The position numbers and the translations under genes are program-made. A stretch of DNA of 64,000 bases from Octopus sinensis (Eukaryota), in NCBI RefSeq assembly GCF_006345805.1, contig NC_043001.1:118482001-118546000 (forward strand). The letters are read 5' to 3'. The notes beneath the pieces are model-generated. The model was not told where the DNA came from. It made no database searches and saw nothing but the letters and a program-made list of their open reading frames with translations. Shown here in pieces: positions 63,100-64,000 of the stretch; position 1 is the stretch's first letter; each line of letters starts with the position of its first letter.

Positions 63100-63960
63100 T
63101 TATTCATTACACTCTGAGTTCAAATCCTGTAAGGGTCAGTGTTGCCTAAAATATAGCACCAGTCAAATACTAGAGTTGTTAGTCTCAACAGACTTCATCC
63201 CCTTAAAATTACTGGCCTTGTGCCAAGATTTGAAAGAATGATGATTGTTATTATTATTAACATAGCAGATCTGGCAGAATTGCTAGTATGGTGGGCGACA
63301 TGCTTAGTGGTATTTCATCTGAATGTATGTTCTGAGATCCAATTTCACTGATGTCGACTTTGCCTTTCATCCTTTTGGGATCAATAAAATAAGTACCAGT
63401 TGAGCACTGAGGTTGATGTAATTGACTTAGCCCCTCCCCAAATATTTCAGACCTTGTGCCTATCGTAGAAAGAATTAGTATAATTATTAAGGTAGTAGAT
63501 AGGCAGAATCATTAGAGCATCATAAAAAATATTTTCTGGTATTTGTTCCAGCTCTTTACATTCTGTGTTCAGATCCCTTCATGGTCAATTTTGCTTTACA
63601 TCCTTTCAGGGTTGATAATATAAAGTACCAGTCAAATACTTGGATCAATAATATAAAGAACCAGCGAAATCCTGGGGTTGATGGTATTGACTAACCTCCT
63701 CCCTTCAAAAATTGCTGCCATGAGTATCAAGGAGAGACAATTATTATTTGGGTGGCGTCTAAGTCGAATCATTAGAGTGTCAGACAAAATCTCTCGTGGT
63801 ATTTAGTTATGGTTCTTTACATTCTGAGTTCATATCTCTTGGGGGTCATCTTAGCCTTTCATACCCCTTCAGTCAATATAAAAAGAAAACCAGCCAAGTA
63901 TTGGGGGTTGTTGATATCAGTCAACCTCTTCCCCTAACAATTACTGACCTTGTCTCCAAT
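63100..63960 (+). mobile_element. Cluster of ~4 head-to-tail degenerate tRNA-SINEs
   Basis: Four repeats of the order ttctgagttcaaat / tttgcctttcatcc / aagtaccagtca / ggccttgtgcc, mostly separated by short att tails. Confidence 0.75.
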
Positions 63961-64000
63961 CTTTTATATGAACCCTCAGTGATTAATAAAGAAAAGATTA

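Overview
AT-rich, repeat-dense animal genomic DNA. The SINE, LINE and microsatellite content resembles an octopus or other cephalopod; this assignment is an inference. Bases 1-23448 hold the last nine coding exons (+ strand, 469 codons plus stop, all GT-AG and phase-consistent) of a bifunctional heparan sulfate N-deacetylase/N-sulfotransferase (NDST/sulfateless); its 5' part lies upstream of the window. Directly downstream are a 10-copy ~100 bp + (TA)n compound repeat and a ~5.5 kb array of a 36-bp unit. That unit appears to be the amplified tRNA-like head of a SINE, and an unamplified relative sits at ~41.3-41.5 kb. The rest is mostly retroelements (RTE, CR1/L2-like, R4/Dong-like, tRNA-SINEs), hAT MITEs, a Helitron-like element and foldback palindromes. 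Main second-look items: the SINE-head satellite, several hammerhead-ribozyme-like cores in palindromes or between direct repeats, a structured motif at the 5' end of a near full-length RTE, 3-O-sulfotransferase-like residues in the NDST active site, and a few orphan exon candidates. Most ORFs in the supplied track are spurious. Coordinates of degenerate repeats are approximate.
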